The notes beneath the pieces were generated by a model. It was not told the DNA's origin. It searched no databases and worked only from the letters and a program-made list of their open reading frames with translations. Shown here piece after piece: positions 1 through 9,572 of a DNA stretch of 64,000 bases. Position 1 is the stretch's first letter; each line of letters opens with the position of its first letter. A program made the translations under genes and the position numbers. This stretch comes from Polyangiaceae bacterium (GTDB lineage Bacteria; Myxococcota_A; Polyangia; Polyangiales; Polyangiaceae): NCBI GenBank assembly GCA_033763455.1, contig JANRKO010000023.1, positions 192,001 through 256,000 on the forward strand, read 5' to 3'.

Positions 1-689
1 TCTTTATGATGCGATAGCAGCCAATCGCGTGCAGAATGCGCATTGGTTAAGGTTTCCTGCGTGGTGAACGTTTTCGAGGCGACCAGAAAGAGGCACGTTT
101 CAGGGTTCAGCCGCTTCAGCGTTTCGGCCAGGTGCGTTCCATCTACGTTAGACACGAAGTGGGCGTTGAGCCCGGGTTGCCAGTACGGACGGAGTGCTTC
201 GGTGACCATCAAGGGGCCAAGATCAGAACCTCCAATGCCTATATTCACGATGTCCGTGATACGGCGACCGGTGAAGCCCTTGAAAGCGCCACCGCGAACG
301 GCATCCGAAAAGCGACGCATCTTGGCGAGCACCCGACGGACCTCGGGCATCACATCTTGCCCATCCACCATAACGGGCTCGTCACCCTGCTGACGGAGCG
401 CCACATGCAACACGGCCCTCCCTTCGGTGACATTGATCTTCTCTCCCGAGAACATCTTCTCTATCCAGCTTGAGAGCTTGGCTTCATCGGCCAAACGCAA
501 AAGCAACGTCAATGTCTCATCTGTTATTCGATTCTTCGAAAAATCGAACAAAATGTCCTCGAGCCGCAGGCTGAAACGCGAGAACCTCTCCTTATCGGAC
601 TCAAATAAGCTACGCAGATGAACGTTGCTGAGCGACTCCTGGTGCCGCTTGAGGGCGTGAAAGCTGGAAGCATGGGTAAGCTTAAACAT
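1..689 (-). CDS. pgi: Glucose-6-phosphate isomerase, N-terminal part (runs off the window start; absent from the ORF track)
   Basis: Manual reverse translation from ATG 689 gives [16 protein letters not shown]...[13 protein letters not shown]...[30 protein letters not shown]. The SKTFTTQET motif is the PGI signature. Lies directly downstream of zwf. Confidence 0.95.
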   Translation of the reverse strand, partial: MFKLTHASSFHALKRHQESLSNVHLRSLFESDKERFSRFSLRLEDILFDFSKNRITDETLTLLLRLADEAKLSSWIEKMFSGEKINVTEGRAVLHVALRQQGDEPVMVDGQDVMPEVRRVLAKMRRFSDAVRGGAFKGFTGRRITDIVNIGIGGSDLGPLMVTEALRPYWQPGLNAHFVSNVDGTHLAETLKRLNPETCLFLVASKTFTTQETLTNAHSARDWLLSHHK

Positions 690-713
690 GGGGGCTTCTA
701 CCACAGCTCAGCG

Positions 714-2183
714 CTACCAAAGATCCTTCTCAAGCATGGCAAGCTGATCTGCTTCTCGCGGCCCGACCGTGCCGGCCGCATAGCCGTGAACGGGGGGCGG
801 ATCCTGCAGGAGCTGGCTGAAGAAGCGCCAGGATTCTTCCACCTCCTCTGCGTGCACAAACAACGTTTGGTCCCCGAGCAGCACGTCCAAGAGCAGTGTC
901 TCGTAGGCCTCGGGCATGTCCGTGAAAACATCTTTGTACTTGAAGGAAAGCGGTATGCGACGGAGGTTGAGCCCCGGACCGGGCACCTTGACGTCGAAGT
1001 GCAATGAGAAGCCTTCATCTGGCTGGAGCGTGATCAAGAGCACATCTGGAGTGTCGAGCTCGGTGCCCATCGATCTAAAGAGGCTCACGGGTACGTCACG
1101 GAAGCGTACGGCAATTTGACTAGCTCGCCGCGGGAGCCTCTTGCCGGTGCGCAAGTAGAATGGCACGCCTTGCCAACGCCAATTGTCGATGCGCACCTCC
1201 ATAGCCACAAACGTTGGGGTCTGTGAATCTGGGAGAATTCCCTCCTCCTCCAGATAGCCGGGCACCGGATGCCCACCGATAGCGCCAGCAGTGTACTGGC
1301 CGAGCACCACCTTTTCCAGCTTGAGGGGGGCAAGGCTATGTAGGACCTTCACCTTCTCGTTCCGAATCGAGTCAGCACGAAACGCGGTCGGAACTTCCAT
1401 GGCGAACAGCGTCAGCACCTGCATCAAGTGATTCTGAACCATGTCGCGAATCGCCCCAGCGCGATCGTAATAGCGGGCGCGTGTACCCACGCCCAAATCT
1501 TCAGCGACGGTGATCTCCACGCTCTCGACGCGGTCCCGGTTCCACAAGGACTCAAAGATCGCGTTGGCAAAGCGAAATACTAGGAGATTTTGGACAGTGT
1601 CTTTGCCAAGGTAGTGGTCAATTCGATAAATCTGATTTTCATCGAAGTGACGGTGCAACATATGATTCAGCCCGCGCGCGGACTCAAGGTCTGTGCCGAA
1701 GGGCTTTTCGACCACAATCCGAGTAAACCCGAGACTCCGATTCAACCCCACCGCACCAAGCCCGTCTACGGTGCTGACAAAGACATCTGGTGGTAGCGCC
1801 ATGTAAAAGGCGCGATTCGGGATGCCAATTTTGTGGTCTTCCTCTAAGGTCTGGAGGCGCGCCAGGAGTGCTTGAAAATCTGTCGGCGTACCCGCTCCCA
1901 AGCTCTGGTAGTAAAGGCGCTCTGTGCAGAATTTTTCGACTGCATCAGGAGGCGCTCCGGCCTCTCTGAGTGCGTCACGCACCAGCTGCCGATAGGTCGT
2001 GTCCACGTAAGGGTCAGGAGACACCCCGAGGATCAACGTATTGGCCGTATGCCCCTCTGCCATGAGGTGCAGGAGCGCTGGCAGAAGCTTGCGCCGGGAG
2101 AGGTCGCCTGTTCCGCCAAAAATAATAAAGATACTAGGGTCGGCTACTCGCTGAGACACTGGTTCCTCCTCGGCAACGGCCAA
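714..2183 (-). CDS. zwf: Glucose-6-phosphate 1-dehydrogenase
   Basis: Motifs GGTGDL, EKPFG, RIDHYLGK, RDMVQNH and WQGVPFYLRTGKRL. Confidence 0.97.
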   Translation of the reverse strand: MAVAEEEPVSQRVADPSIFIIFGGTGDLSRRKLLPALLHLMAEGHTANTLILGVSPDPYVDTTYRQLVRDALREAGAPPDAVEKFCTERLYYQSLGAGTPTDFQALLARLQTLEEDHKIGIPNRAFYMALPPDVFVSTVDGLGAVGLNRSLGFTRIVVEKPFGTDLESARGLNHMLHRHFDENQIYRIDHYLGKDTVQNLLVFRFANAIFESLWNRDRVESVEITVAEDLGVGTRARYYDRAGAIRDMVQNHLMQVLTLFAMEVPTAFRADSIRNEKVKVLHSLAPLKLEKVVLGQYTAGAIGGHPVPGYLEEEGILPDSQTPTFVAMEVRIDNWRWQGVPFYLRTGKRLPRRASQIAVRFRDVPVSLFRSMGTELDTPDVLLITLQPDEGFSLHFDVKVPGPGLNLRRIPLSFKYKDVFTDMPEAYETLLLDVLLGDQTLFVHAEEVEESWRFFSQLLQDPPPVHGYAAGTVGPREADQLAMLEKDLW

Positions 2184-2475
2184 TCAACGCTGTCGCTGAA
2201 TCGAACAATGCTCGCCCCCCAACATACTCGCGTCAAGCCAACCCCGAGTCGTCAGCGGTTACGACAGCGCAGCGCCTGCTCAAGATATCGAGACGGAACC
2301 TCAGTTGATTACGATTCCGTCTCACGCCTTCGCTTACCGGCCCCGGGAGCCCCTAGCCGGAATTTCCGGTAAATCCGTGCCCTGGCCCGAGATCGAGATC
2401 CCCCAGAACACCGGCGAGCAAGAGGTCGATTTGGCAATTGACAGGGCGTATCGAGCTGTGTCAAACGCCTACGCC

Positions 2476-2922
2476 ATGAAACGGACGCCGCGTCAGCCGC
2501 GGTTCAACGTCGAGCGCGCTTTCCAGCGCGCCGGTGACGCCTTTGTCGCAGACCTCAAGGTCTTGATCCAGAAGGCGACGCAAGAAGCTTTGCGCCAGGC
2601 GCTTGCGGAAAACAGCGCTGCGTCCAGGCAGCTCGTGTTGCCACTAGATGATGTAGAGGCTCGCGCGCCCGAAGCCGTGCCGGAGGCGGCACCTGCCCCT
2701 GAGCCCGAACGGCTGAGCAAGCGGGAACAAGAAGCAGTAGATCGCCTCGCCGATCAGGTCCTTGAGTATATTGAAGCCCAGCCTGGGCAGCGGCTGGAGG
2801 AAATCAGCGTGGGCATGGGAGTTTCAGCTGCTGATCTGAGGCTGCCAATGCGGCTTTTGGTGCGCGAAAATCACTTAAGGCTCGTGGGCGAAGAATCTAG
2901 TGCGGCATATTACGCGCGCTAA
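2476..2922 (+). CDS. Small putative DNA-binding protein with C-terminal winged helix; acidic paralog of the next gene
   Basis: C-terminus LEYIEAQPGQRLEEISVGMGVSAADLRLPMRLL aligns with the C-terminus of 2980-3396. ATG 2476 is chosen over the track's TTG 2305 because it matches the paralog's length. Confidence 0.75.
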   Translation: MKRTPRQPRFNVERAFQRAGDAFVADLKVLIQKATQEALRQALAENSAASRQLVLPLDDVEARAPEAVPEAAPAPEPERLSKREQEAVDRLADQVLEYIEAQPGQRLEEISVGMGVSAADLRLPMRLLVRENHLRLVGEESSAAYYAR

Positions 2923-2979
2923 CTTGGCGCCCGTTCACTTTCTTAAAGGCGTAGATCTGAAAGCGAAGGAGTTAGAGAC

Positions 2980-3396
2980 ATGGCAACAGACTTTGATACT
3001 CAGATGAAGGCCAAGATTCAGACTTTCACTGAAGAGCTCACCGATCTGGTGCGTGAAGCGGCCATGGCTACCCTGCGCGAAGCGCTGGGCGAACCAAAGC
3101 CTCGTCGGGGTCGCACTCGCGCTCAGGCAACTCCATTCGTACTTCCGCCCTTACCCATCAGTTCGGGTCGGGTTGGCGGCGGAACACGCCCGAAACGCAG
3201 TGCGGATGAGTTGGAAAACATGAGCGCCCAGTTGCTCAGCTACGTGACGGCAAACCCCGGTCAACGTATTGAGGCCATCGCAGCGGGTATGAACGTCTCC
3301 ACCAAAGAACTCAATCTGCCCGCCAAGCGCCTCTTGGCCAAAAAACAGCTAAAAACGCGCGGGCACAAACGTGCCACCGAATATTTCGCCAAGTAG
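2980..3396 (+). CDS. Small basic DNA-binding protein: N-terminal helix, basic linker, C-terminal winged helix
   Basis: AAGGAG RBS. LLSYVTANPGQRIEAIAAGMNVSTKELNLPAKRLLAKKQLKTRGHKRATEYF has a wHTH pattern. Confidence 0.85.
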   Translation: MATDFDTQMKAKIQTFTEELTDLVREAAMATLREALGEPKPRRGRTRAQATPFVLPPLPISSGRVGGGTRPKRSADELENMSAQLLSYVTANPGQRIEAIAAGMNVSTKELNLPAKRLLAKKQLKTRGHKRATEYFAK

Positions 3397-3408
3397 GTGC
3401 CCACCTCT

Positions 3409-3429
3409 GCTGCCGCTCGGAGCGGCAGC
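3409..3429. terminator. Perfect GC-rich inverted repeat between convergent genes; possible bidirectional terminator
   Basis: GCTGCCGCTC-G-GAGCGGCAGC, 12 nt after the stop at 3396. No U-tract. Confidence 0.45.
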
Positions 3430-3490
3430 GTGCCCCTCCCCGATGTCTCCCGGAAAGCGGGAGCCATGGGTGGGGCGTCTATAACTTCAG

Positions 3491-4633
3491 CTACCAGGCC
3501 TTGGAAAAAGTAGCGAAGGCTCCCTGGGTTCCCAAAGGCGTGAGGCCTGCGTGCCAGCGGCCCGACGTGCTACGGGCTCCATCCGAAGCATTGGTGTCCC
3601 ACACAATGAGCGTGATGACGGTGGCAACGCCGGCAACTCCAGCTCCCACGAAACCAGCCACTGCTATATCCCGTGCCCGCTTGGAATCCACCAACGTTTG
3701 GCGAAAATCTGCACATTTACTCTCAGTCGCGGCATCCGGCGCGGCGCTGCAGATGCTGGCGCTGCTTGACTCTTTGGTGAGCATCCCAAGCTCGCGGTTT
3801 AGAGCTGCGGACCTGTCATCAATGGAACTTTGCTTCAAAAGAAAGCCTGCCCCAACCCCGAGGCCTGCAGCCGTCAACACCACCTCTGACACGACTACAA
3901 CGGTGCGAGCGGTGTTGCCCCCACTCGGCTCGCGCGCTGCAGGAGCAGAGGTGTTACTTTTCGGCTCGGCTCCTCCAGTGGTTAACGATTCTCTCATCGT
4001 GCTTTCACGGACTTCGGGCGGAGCGGCTTCTGCGGCTAAATTTACGTGAATTTGACGCCGCTCGCCTTCGCGCAGATCCACTTCGAACACGGCACGTTGG
4101 TGCCCCGGGGATTGGACTACCAGCTTGTGGGTTCCTGGGTTCTGAGGGATCGGATGCGCCAGGAGCGAACTTGCCACCGTCCGCCCATCGATACTCAGCG
4201 TGACTCCAGCTTCAGAAGCTAGCCCCACAACGTGCACCGTAGGGACGCGTTTGCGGAGCTCTTCGCGAGCGGGAGCCAACAGCTCGGCAACGTCGGGAGC
4301 CGCCTCCCCTGCGGCAATCAACTCGTCGGCGCGGTCGTATTCAACCAATGCCTCCACCAAATGCCCTTGCTCCATTTCGGCGTTAGCCAAATGAAAACGC
4401 AGGCCCGGTGTATCTTTGATGGCAATCGCCTCGCGCAATTTCTGGGCTGCTTCAGCCCAGCGCTTACGCTCCTCCAAAGCAACAGCATCCTTGAAGAGCC
4501 TACGCGCCACCGCAATTTCAGCCGAAGATGGCGCTGCGGACGCGCAGAAAGGGTGGCACCAACCCAACAAGCCAACGATTACCCCGAGCCAGTTTCGAAC
4601 TTGATGTCGCATGCGTAAGAGGACCACTCGCAT
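3491..4633 (-). CDS. TPR + PEGA domain protein
   Basis: Signal-like N-terminus; TPR-like ARRLFKDAVALEERKRWAEAAQKL; PEGA-like LSIDGR...NPGTHKLVV; hydrophobic C-terminus. Start moved from 4717 to 4633 to remove the overlap with the upstream gene. Confidence 0.75.
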   Translation of the reverse strand: MRVVLLRMRHQVRNWLGVIVGLLGWCHPFCASAAPSSAEIAVARRLFKDAVALEERKRWAEAAQKLREAIAIKDTPGLRFHLANAEMEQGHLVEALVEYDRADELIAAGEAAPDVAELLAPAREELRKRVPTVHVVGLASEAGVTLSIDGRTVASSLLAHPIPQNPGTHKLVVQSPGHQRAVFEVDLREGERRQIHVNLAAEAAPPEVRESTMRESLTTGGAEPKSNTSAPAAREPSGGNTARTVVVVSEVVLTAAGLGVGAGFLLKQSSIDDRSAALNRELGMLTKESSSASICSAAPDAATESKCADFRQTLVDSKRARDIAVAGFVGAGVAGVATVITLIVWDTNASDGARSTSGRWHAGLTPLGTQGAFATFSKAW

Positions 4634-4658
4634 AGCAACGCCCCCGTGGACAAGTCTT

Positions 4659-5756
4659 CTAGAAAACCCCTCGCAAAACAACGTTTCCGCGGCTGAAATT
4701 CCCACCAACAGTGACACTCACGCTAGGTTGGTCCGGTTTCCACAAGAGCCACACGGCGAAAGTGGCCAGGCCCACCCCCGTGGCCCCCGCATACGAAACA
4801 AACCCCAAGCGCTCCTTCTCCGCCGCATTTCGCCGCTGGGCATCCAAACGTTCACAGCTGGGAGTCACAGCCCCAGGTTGGCAGCCCAGCTCCCCAGACT
4901 CGGCTGTGATGGCAGTGCGCGTCGCCCGAAAAGCAGAGTGCTCGTCTCCAGCCTGCAAGGAGAAGTAAGTGCCGAGCCCCAAGCCCACCAACGTCGCGGA
5001 TGCACCACCAACCAGGAGGGCTGTTCGAAGCGGAGAGTGGCCATCGCCCGCGCTCCTCGCCACAGGCACCGGGGGTGCGGGAGAAGGCGCCTCGTCCCGT
5101 GGCTGGCTCAGCCGGGCGCTCAACGCTGGCACTCGCGAAGGGCCACTCTCGGGTTTTGAGGTTAACCTGATATTCATATCCTGCTGGGTTCCGGCCTGCA
5201 CTACGAAGGTGAAGGTTTCGTCGACATAGCCTGCCTTAGTGAGCACCAGCTTCACTTTGCCAGGCATCAGGAAGATCGGCTCCGCAAAGGGGCTCGTGCC
5301 CAGCTCCTCACCATTTACGGAAACCAGCGTTCCCGCAGGCTCCACAGCGACACGAAGCTGGCCAACCTGCCCGGTCACCTTGCGTAGCAACTCTTGGAAT
5401 CTGGCCTCCGCTTGCCGCATGTCAGCGCGACCGCTTGCTGGAAAATTCTTTAGGCAATAGCGGAGGTGCTGGGCGCCGTCGATCAGCTTGCCCATCTCTG
5501 CCTCCGTGCGCCCGAGGTTGCACGCGATGTCGAAGCTTGGACTCAGGCTAAAGGCGCGCACGTAGGCGTCATAAGCCTCGAACTGATTGCCCTGGGCAAA
5601 GGCCTCGTTTCCGCGCTGAAAAAGCACCAGCGCGCGCTGCCGAGCTTCGGGCGTCTGCGCGTGGAGCGAGCTGACATGCCCGAACACCACCAGTCCCATT
5701 AGAAGGCTCCACACCACCCACAGGCCCCGAGCCGAACAGCTTCGAATCTTTTTCAC
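4659..5756 (-). CDS. TPR + PEGA domain protein
   Basis: ALVLFQRGNEAFAQG TPR; VAVEPAGTLVSVNGEELG...KAGYVD PEGA; C-terminal Phe. Confidence 0.8.
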   Translation of the reverse strand: MKKIRSCSARGLWVVWSLLMGLVVFGHVSSLHAQTPEARQRALVLFQRGNEAFAQGNQFEAYDAYVRAFSLSPSFDIACNLGRTEAEMGKLIDGAQHLRYCLKNFPASGRADMRQAEARFQELLRKVTGQVGQLRVAVEPAGTLVSVNGEELGTSPFAEPIFLMPGKVKLVLTKAGYVDETFTFVVQAGTQQDMNIRLTSKPESGPSRVPALSARLSQPRDEAPSPAPPVPVARSAGDGHSPLRTALLVGGASATLVGLGLGTYFSLQAGDEHSAFRATRTAITAESGELGCQPGAVTPSCERLDAQRRNAAEKERLGFVSYAGATGVGLATFAVWLLWKPDQPSVSVTVGGNFSRGNVVLRGVF

Positions 5757-6467
5757 TTACTGCAACCACAGGTCGCGCGGAGCACTGGGTTCGTGCGCGG
5801 TAGGGGTGGACGGTGCAACTTTCGCTTTGGCGCTGCCGGCAGACGCTGGAGCTCGCTCCGAAGCGGAGCGAGGAAGCGGTGCCAGCCGGGTACTCTCGTG
5901 GATCACCTTCGGCGCCACCGAGTTTGGCCCCATGCCCTGAGGCGAGGCGGCTTTGGCCGATACTGACTCACCCCCGCCAGGCGCAGGCTGCGGAAGCGGC
6001 ACTGGCGGGGCCACCTCAACTTGCCCTTGCCGCGCGCGCGTTGGCGGCGCTGGGGCTTCGGTGGCAAGGACAGCGGCCGTCGAGGTGTTGGCATGCCGAT
6101 ACCAAAGCAAAGCCACGGCCAATGCAAGGGCGGCTACCCCAAACGCGATCGGCCACAACCGAACCCGCGATTCCTCTTCAGGTACCGCCCCCGGCCCGGG
6201 TTTGGCGCCCCTCCGCACTACCAGTTTCTGCGTAGGCGCCCGGCGAGGATCGATCGTGCGAGAGAGCTCAACGGGCTTGATCCGAATCGTCTCATGCTCG
6301 GGCGACGCCGGGGGGACCGCAGGCGGGTGGTACTCTTTGGCGTATTCAGCGCCTTGGTCGAGCTTGTCGCGCCGCGAACTGTACACCGGAGTGTCTTCCT
6401 CAAAGAACCCGCGGATTGTGGGTCTGTCACCGGGTCGCTCTGCGCTCATGGTCCTAGCAGCGTCCAC
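5757..6467 (-). CDS. Single-pass membrane protein with Pro/Ala-rich tail (alternative start 6449)
   Basis: TM segment LWPIAFGVAALALAVALLWY. Stop codon abuts the start of the PEGA gene. Confidence 0.65.
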   Translation of the reverse strand: MDAARTMSAERPGDRPTIRGFFEEDTPVYSSRRDKLDQGAEYAKEYHPPAVPPASPEHETIRIKPVELSRTIDPRRAPTQKLVVRRGAKPGPGAVPEEESRVRLWPIAFGVAALALAVALLWYRHANTSTAAVLATEAPAPPTRARQGQVEVAPPVPLPQPAPGGGESVSAKAASPQGMGPNSVAPKVIHESTRLAPLPRSASERAPASAGSAKAKVAPSTPTAHEPSAPRDLWLQ

Positions 6468-6547
6468 CCTTAGCGCGGTTTGTGCGGCTGGGAAACCTCG
6501 GTCTTTTGTTGAAAGTTGTCCTATGATTTACACGGAAACTGGAACCG

Positions 6548-8272
6548 CTAGCGAACAGCGTCCGGAACGAGAAGCTGGTGACCCACGCGGAGGGGCTTCT
6601 TGGCCGAAATTCCGTTGGCCTGGCGTAGCGCGGCGACGGACACCCCGTAGCGCTTGGCGATGCCACTCAAGGTTTCTCCCTTTCGAACCACGTGCAGTCT
6701 AGGCGCCGGCAACGTGCTCTTGGGCAGCAGCAGCTTCTGTCCCACCACGATGGGCTTCCCCTTTTGGAGCCCATTTGCCTTCAGCAGAGCCTCAAGAGTC
6801 ACTCTTTCTGAGCGCGCAATTGCACTCAGTGTTTCGCCAGCTTTGACGAAACGATAGCGAGCAAGTGGTGGTCCCGGTTCGTACCACTTAGTCGGATAGA
6901 TCTCGACGAGGGTCTTTTTGGTTGGGGCTAGATACTGAAACGAAAACGCCCGAACTTGATCGGGGGTGACTTCTTCGGCGCGTTTGGCAAGGTCAGAGGG
7001 TGAGGCAAAGGTAGAACGTATTAGGCGTTCAGACAGAAAGCTCGCTCGCTCAAGGTTCCCCCCAAGAGCTGTGGCCAACTTCTGGCGATAAGCTGATTTT
7101 GCAGAGACCAAGTCACTCGTTGTCGGGCCAGTGCTTGCCAAGCGCGAGAGAAAGCTTGCAACCTCTTCGTGAACAAGATCCACTTTAAGGAGGGGCGAGC
7201 CAACGAGCATCAGTTCGAGAGAAGCAACCCCTTTTTCCTCGTGAACTACAGCTTCGCAGCGCTCTACCCCCAAACGTGTTCCGGCACGTTCGCCCCCAAA
7301 GGCTGGCGCGCCCGCCGAACACAGCATATTGGCGATGAACTGAGCGAGGAAGGCGCCATGCGATCTCTCTTTTGTAGTTGGAAACGCCCACCCGTAAAGG
7401 AGTGTGGGGGTCTTGCTCGTGCTATCGATAATGGTTGAGTAGCGTTCGCTCGTCTGGGGGTAACGCTCGCTCCCATCTACGCGGTTGGTCGCGCGCGGAC
7501 TTTTTGCTGGGAAATGCCTCATCACGAGCGCACGCACTTGCTCTTTCGATGCATTGCCCACAACGACAAGCTGCGCAGTGGAGCCAGCATAGTGTTTGGC
7601 AAAAAATGCCTGCACTTCCGCGAATGTAACACTCTTAAGGGCCACGGCGCTTAGCTCCAAGCCCAAACCAAGTGTTGGATCGCCGGCAAACATCAATCTT
7701 CGAAGCCGTGCGCGGCCACGGTTAGCTCCGTTTTCGGCAACCTCAAGCTGCTTCAAGCGACGCGTGCGCGCCGCCTCCACACTCTCCTGGTCGAGGGTAG
7801 CACCGGCAAGCCGGTTTCCCTCCAACCAGATCGCGAAGGACAACTCAGACTTTGGAAGCTCGGTACAGAACTCAGCTCCGACCCCATCTTGCCTAAAAGT
7901 CTCGCGGCCATGTCGGTCGGCGAGGGACTTAGAAGAGAAGCTGCGTTCACTTGTCGCGAGCTGAGAAAGTGCGTCGAACACCAAGGAAGATGCTGCCCGG
8001 TCTTTCTCTGCGCGATATCCGAGACCCGCGCGATACGTCGTACACACGGCAACATCCGCGCTGGACGCGTCCTGCACAACGAACACCGAAAGGCCATTGG
8101 AAACATTGACCTCTACAGGAGCCAGAGATAGCTCAGCCTCCAATTCTACGGGTGTGGCCGCAGCGAGCCCGGGCAAGTTCGCTGTGGCCACCCACATTGC
8201 GCACGAGCAAAGCTTCAGCCAGGCAAAGGAGCGAGTCATCAAGAGCGGGCCTGTTAGCATTGCAGGGCGCAA
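6548..8272 (-). CDS. Inactive M16 (insulinase)-like protein fused to two C-terminal LysM domains
   Basis: NGLSVFVVQD and VTFAEVQAFFAKHY are M16 patterns, but HXXEH is absent. LysM repeats VKAGETLSAIAR...NGL and VRKGETLSGIAKRYGVS...NGI. Confidence 0.8.
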   Translation of the reverse strand: MRPAMLTGPLLMTRSFAWLKLCSCAMWVATANLPGLAAATPVELEAELSLAPVEVNVSNGLSVFVVQDASSADVAVCTTYRAGLGYRAEKDRAASSLVFDALSQLATSERSFSSKSLADRHGRETFRQDGVGAEFCTELPKSELSFAIWLEGNRLAGATLDQESVEAARTRRLKQLEVAENGANRGRARLRRLMFAGDPTLGLGLELSAVALKSVTFAEVQAFFAKHYAGSTAQLVVVGNASKEQVRALVMRHFPAKSPRATNRVDGSERYPQTSERYSTIIDSTSKTPTLLYGWAFPTTKERSHGAFLAQFIANMLCSAGAPAFGGERAGTRLGVERCEAVVHEEKGVASLELMLVGSPLLKVDLVHEEVASFLSRLASTGPTTSDLVSAKSAYRQKLATALGGNLERASFLSERLIRSTFASPSDLAKRAEEVTPDQVRAFSFQYLAPTKKTLVEIYPTKWYEPGPPLARYRFVKAGETLSAIARSERVTLEALLKANGLQKGKPIVVGQKLLLPKSTLPAPRLHVVRKGETLSGIAKRYGVSVAALRQANGISAKKPLRVGHQLLVPDAVR

Positions 8273-8421
8273 AACGAGAGCTTTTCTGCCGTAACATCAA
8301 GCATCGTTCCACTGGGGCCTAGCACCCTCGTTCGGCTCGCACCCCAGTCGCGATCATTCCAGCAGAGAAACCGCGTGTAGGCTGGTCATGGGGGCAGCCC
8401 CGGATCTAGAGTTAGGAATTG

Positions 8422-8898
8422 ATGAGCGAGAACGACGCCCTGCTAGCCGTACTCAAGGCGCTCATCGCCGCCGACTACGATGCGATCCTGGCCTACAGAG
8501 CCGCCGTGGATCGCCTCTCAAACGATGGCGCACGCTCGACACTCCAGAGCTTCCAGGAGGATCACGAACGACACGTCGAACAGCTCAGCGCCTTCATGGC
8601 CGCCCTTGGCGTGGAGCCTCCGCAGCGCGGGGACCTTATGGGGCTCGTTGCAAAGGGACGAGTAATGGTAGGGAATGTCGTGGGCGATCAGGGCATCCTA
8701 GCAGCCATGCGCTCCAACGAAGACGACTCCAATTTGGCCTACGAACGAGCACTCACTGTGGTGGGTTTGCCGGAGCACATCCGCAGGGTTCTTGAGGCCA
8801 ATCTTGCCGACGAACGACGGCACCGCGGCTGGATCGACGACCGCGTGCGAGCGCATCGACCGAGCACTATGCCTCCACCCGCATTCGGATCTGCCTAA
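8422..8898 (+). CDS. Ferritin-like four-helix-bundle protein (DUF2383/PA2169-like)
   Basis: DYDAILAYRAA, FQEDHERHVEQL and NLADERRHRGW give ExxH-type metal ligands. Confidence 0.8.
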   Translation: MSENDALLAVLKALIAADYDAILAYRAAVDRLSNDGARSTLQSFQEDHERHVEQLSAFMAALGVEPPQRGDLMGLVAKGRVMVGNVVGDQGILAAMRSNEDDSNLAYERALTVVGLPEHIRRVLEANLADERRHRGWIDDRVRAHRPSTMPPPAFGSA

Positions 8899-8942
8899 GT
8901 GCAAGAGCCAAGAGTCCCGCCTCATTAAGCCCCCGAAACGGC

Positions 8943-9494
8943 ATGTCGAGACCGAATGAAAAAGTGCCCCGTCGCTCAGCCCCCCTACTCTGGGTTTCGC
9001 TGTGCTTGTTCGGAGCGCAAGGCGTCGCTTGCCACCGCGACTCATGGCAAGAGTTTCGCTCTAAGGACGGGGACTTCAAGGTTTTGCTGCCAGGGCCGTC
9101 AACAACCGAGAACCTAACGTCGTCGAGCCCGCAGGGCACCTTAATCGTCCACCTAGTTACCGTCCAAACCGCGTCCGAAACCTACACTGTCGCCTACAAC
9201 GACTACCCGAAGTCGGTCGTTGAACACTCCACCTCGGATGCGATCTTGGATCTGGCGGTCGAAGGTGCACTCGGCGAATCCGGCCGCCTGGTGAGCTCCT
9301 CACCGATTTCTCTGAATAAGCGTTCAGGGCGCAGCGTGGAGGCCGCTCTGCCGGAAGGAATTCGCTACAGAGCTAATTTCGTGCTGGATGCGGGCCGGTT
9401 GTATCAGGTTTCAGTACTTGAGTCGCCGGGCAGTAAGCACGACGAAGACGTCGAGAAGTTCCTCGGCTCCTTCCAGATCGGCCTAGATAAGTGA
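8943..9494 (+). CDS. Hypothetical exported protein or lipoprotein
   Basis: Hydrophobic stretch followed by GVAC. WQEFRSKDGDFKVLLPG and KFLGSF resemble PsbP-like periplasmic proteins. Confidence 0.6.
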   Translation: MSRPNEKVPRRSAPLLWVSLCLFGAQGVACHRDSWQEFRSKDGDFKVLLPGPSTTENLTSSSPQGTLIVHLVTVQTASETYTVAYNDYPKSVVEHSTSDAILDLAVEGALGESGRLVSSSPISLNKRSGRSVEAALPEGIRYRANFVLDAGRLYQVSVLESPGSKHDEDVEKFLGSFQIGLDK

Positions 9495-9572
9495 ACTAGA
9501 TCGCGGCGGGTCTAAGCATTCTCGTTTCCCTGACGTTCTGTCGTGTTGAAGCGAATTGTATCTTGAGGAACG

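Noticed and set aside
43..1007. Plus-strand ORFs at the window start
   Set aside because: Antisense shadows of pgi and zwf.
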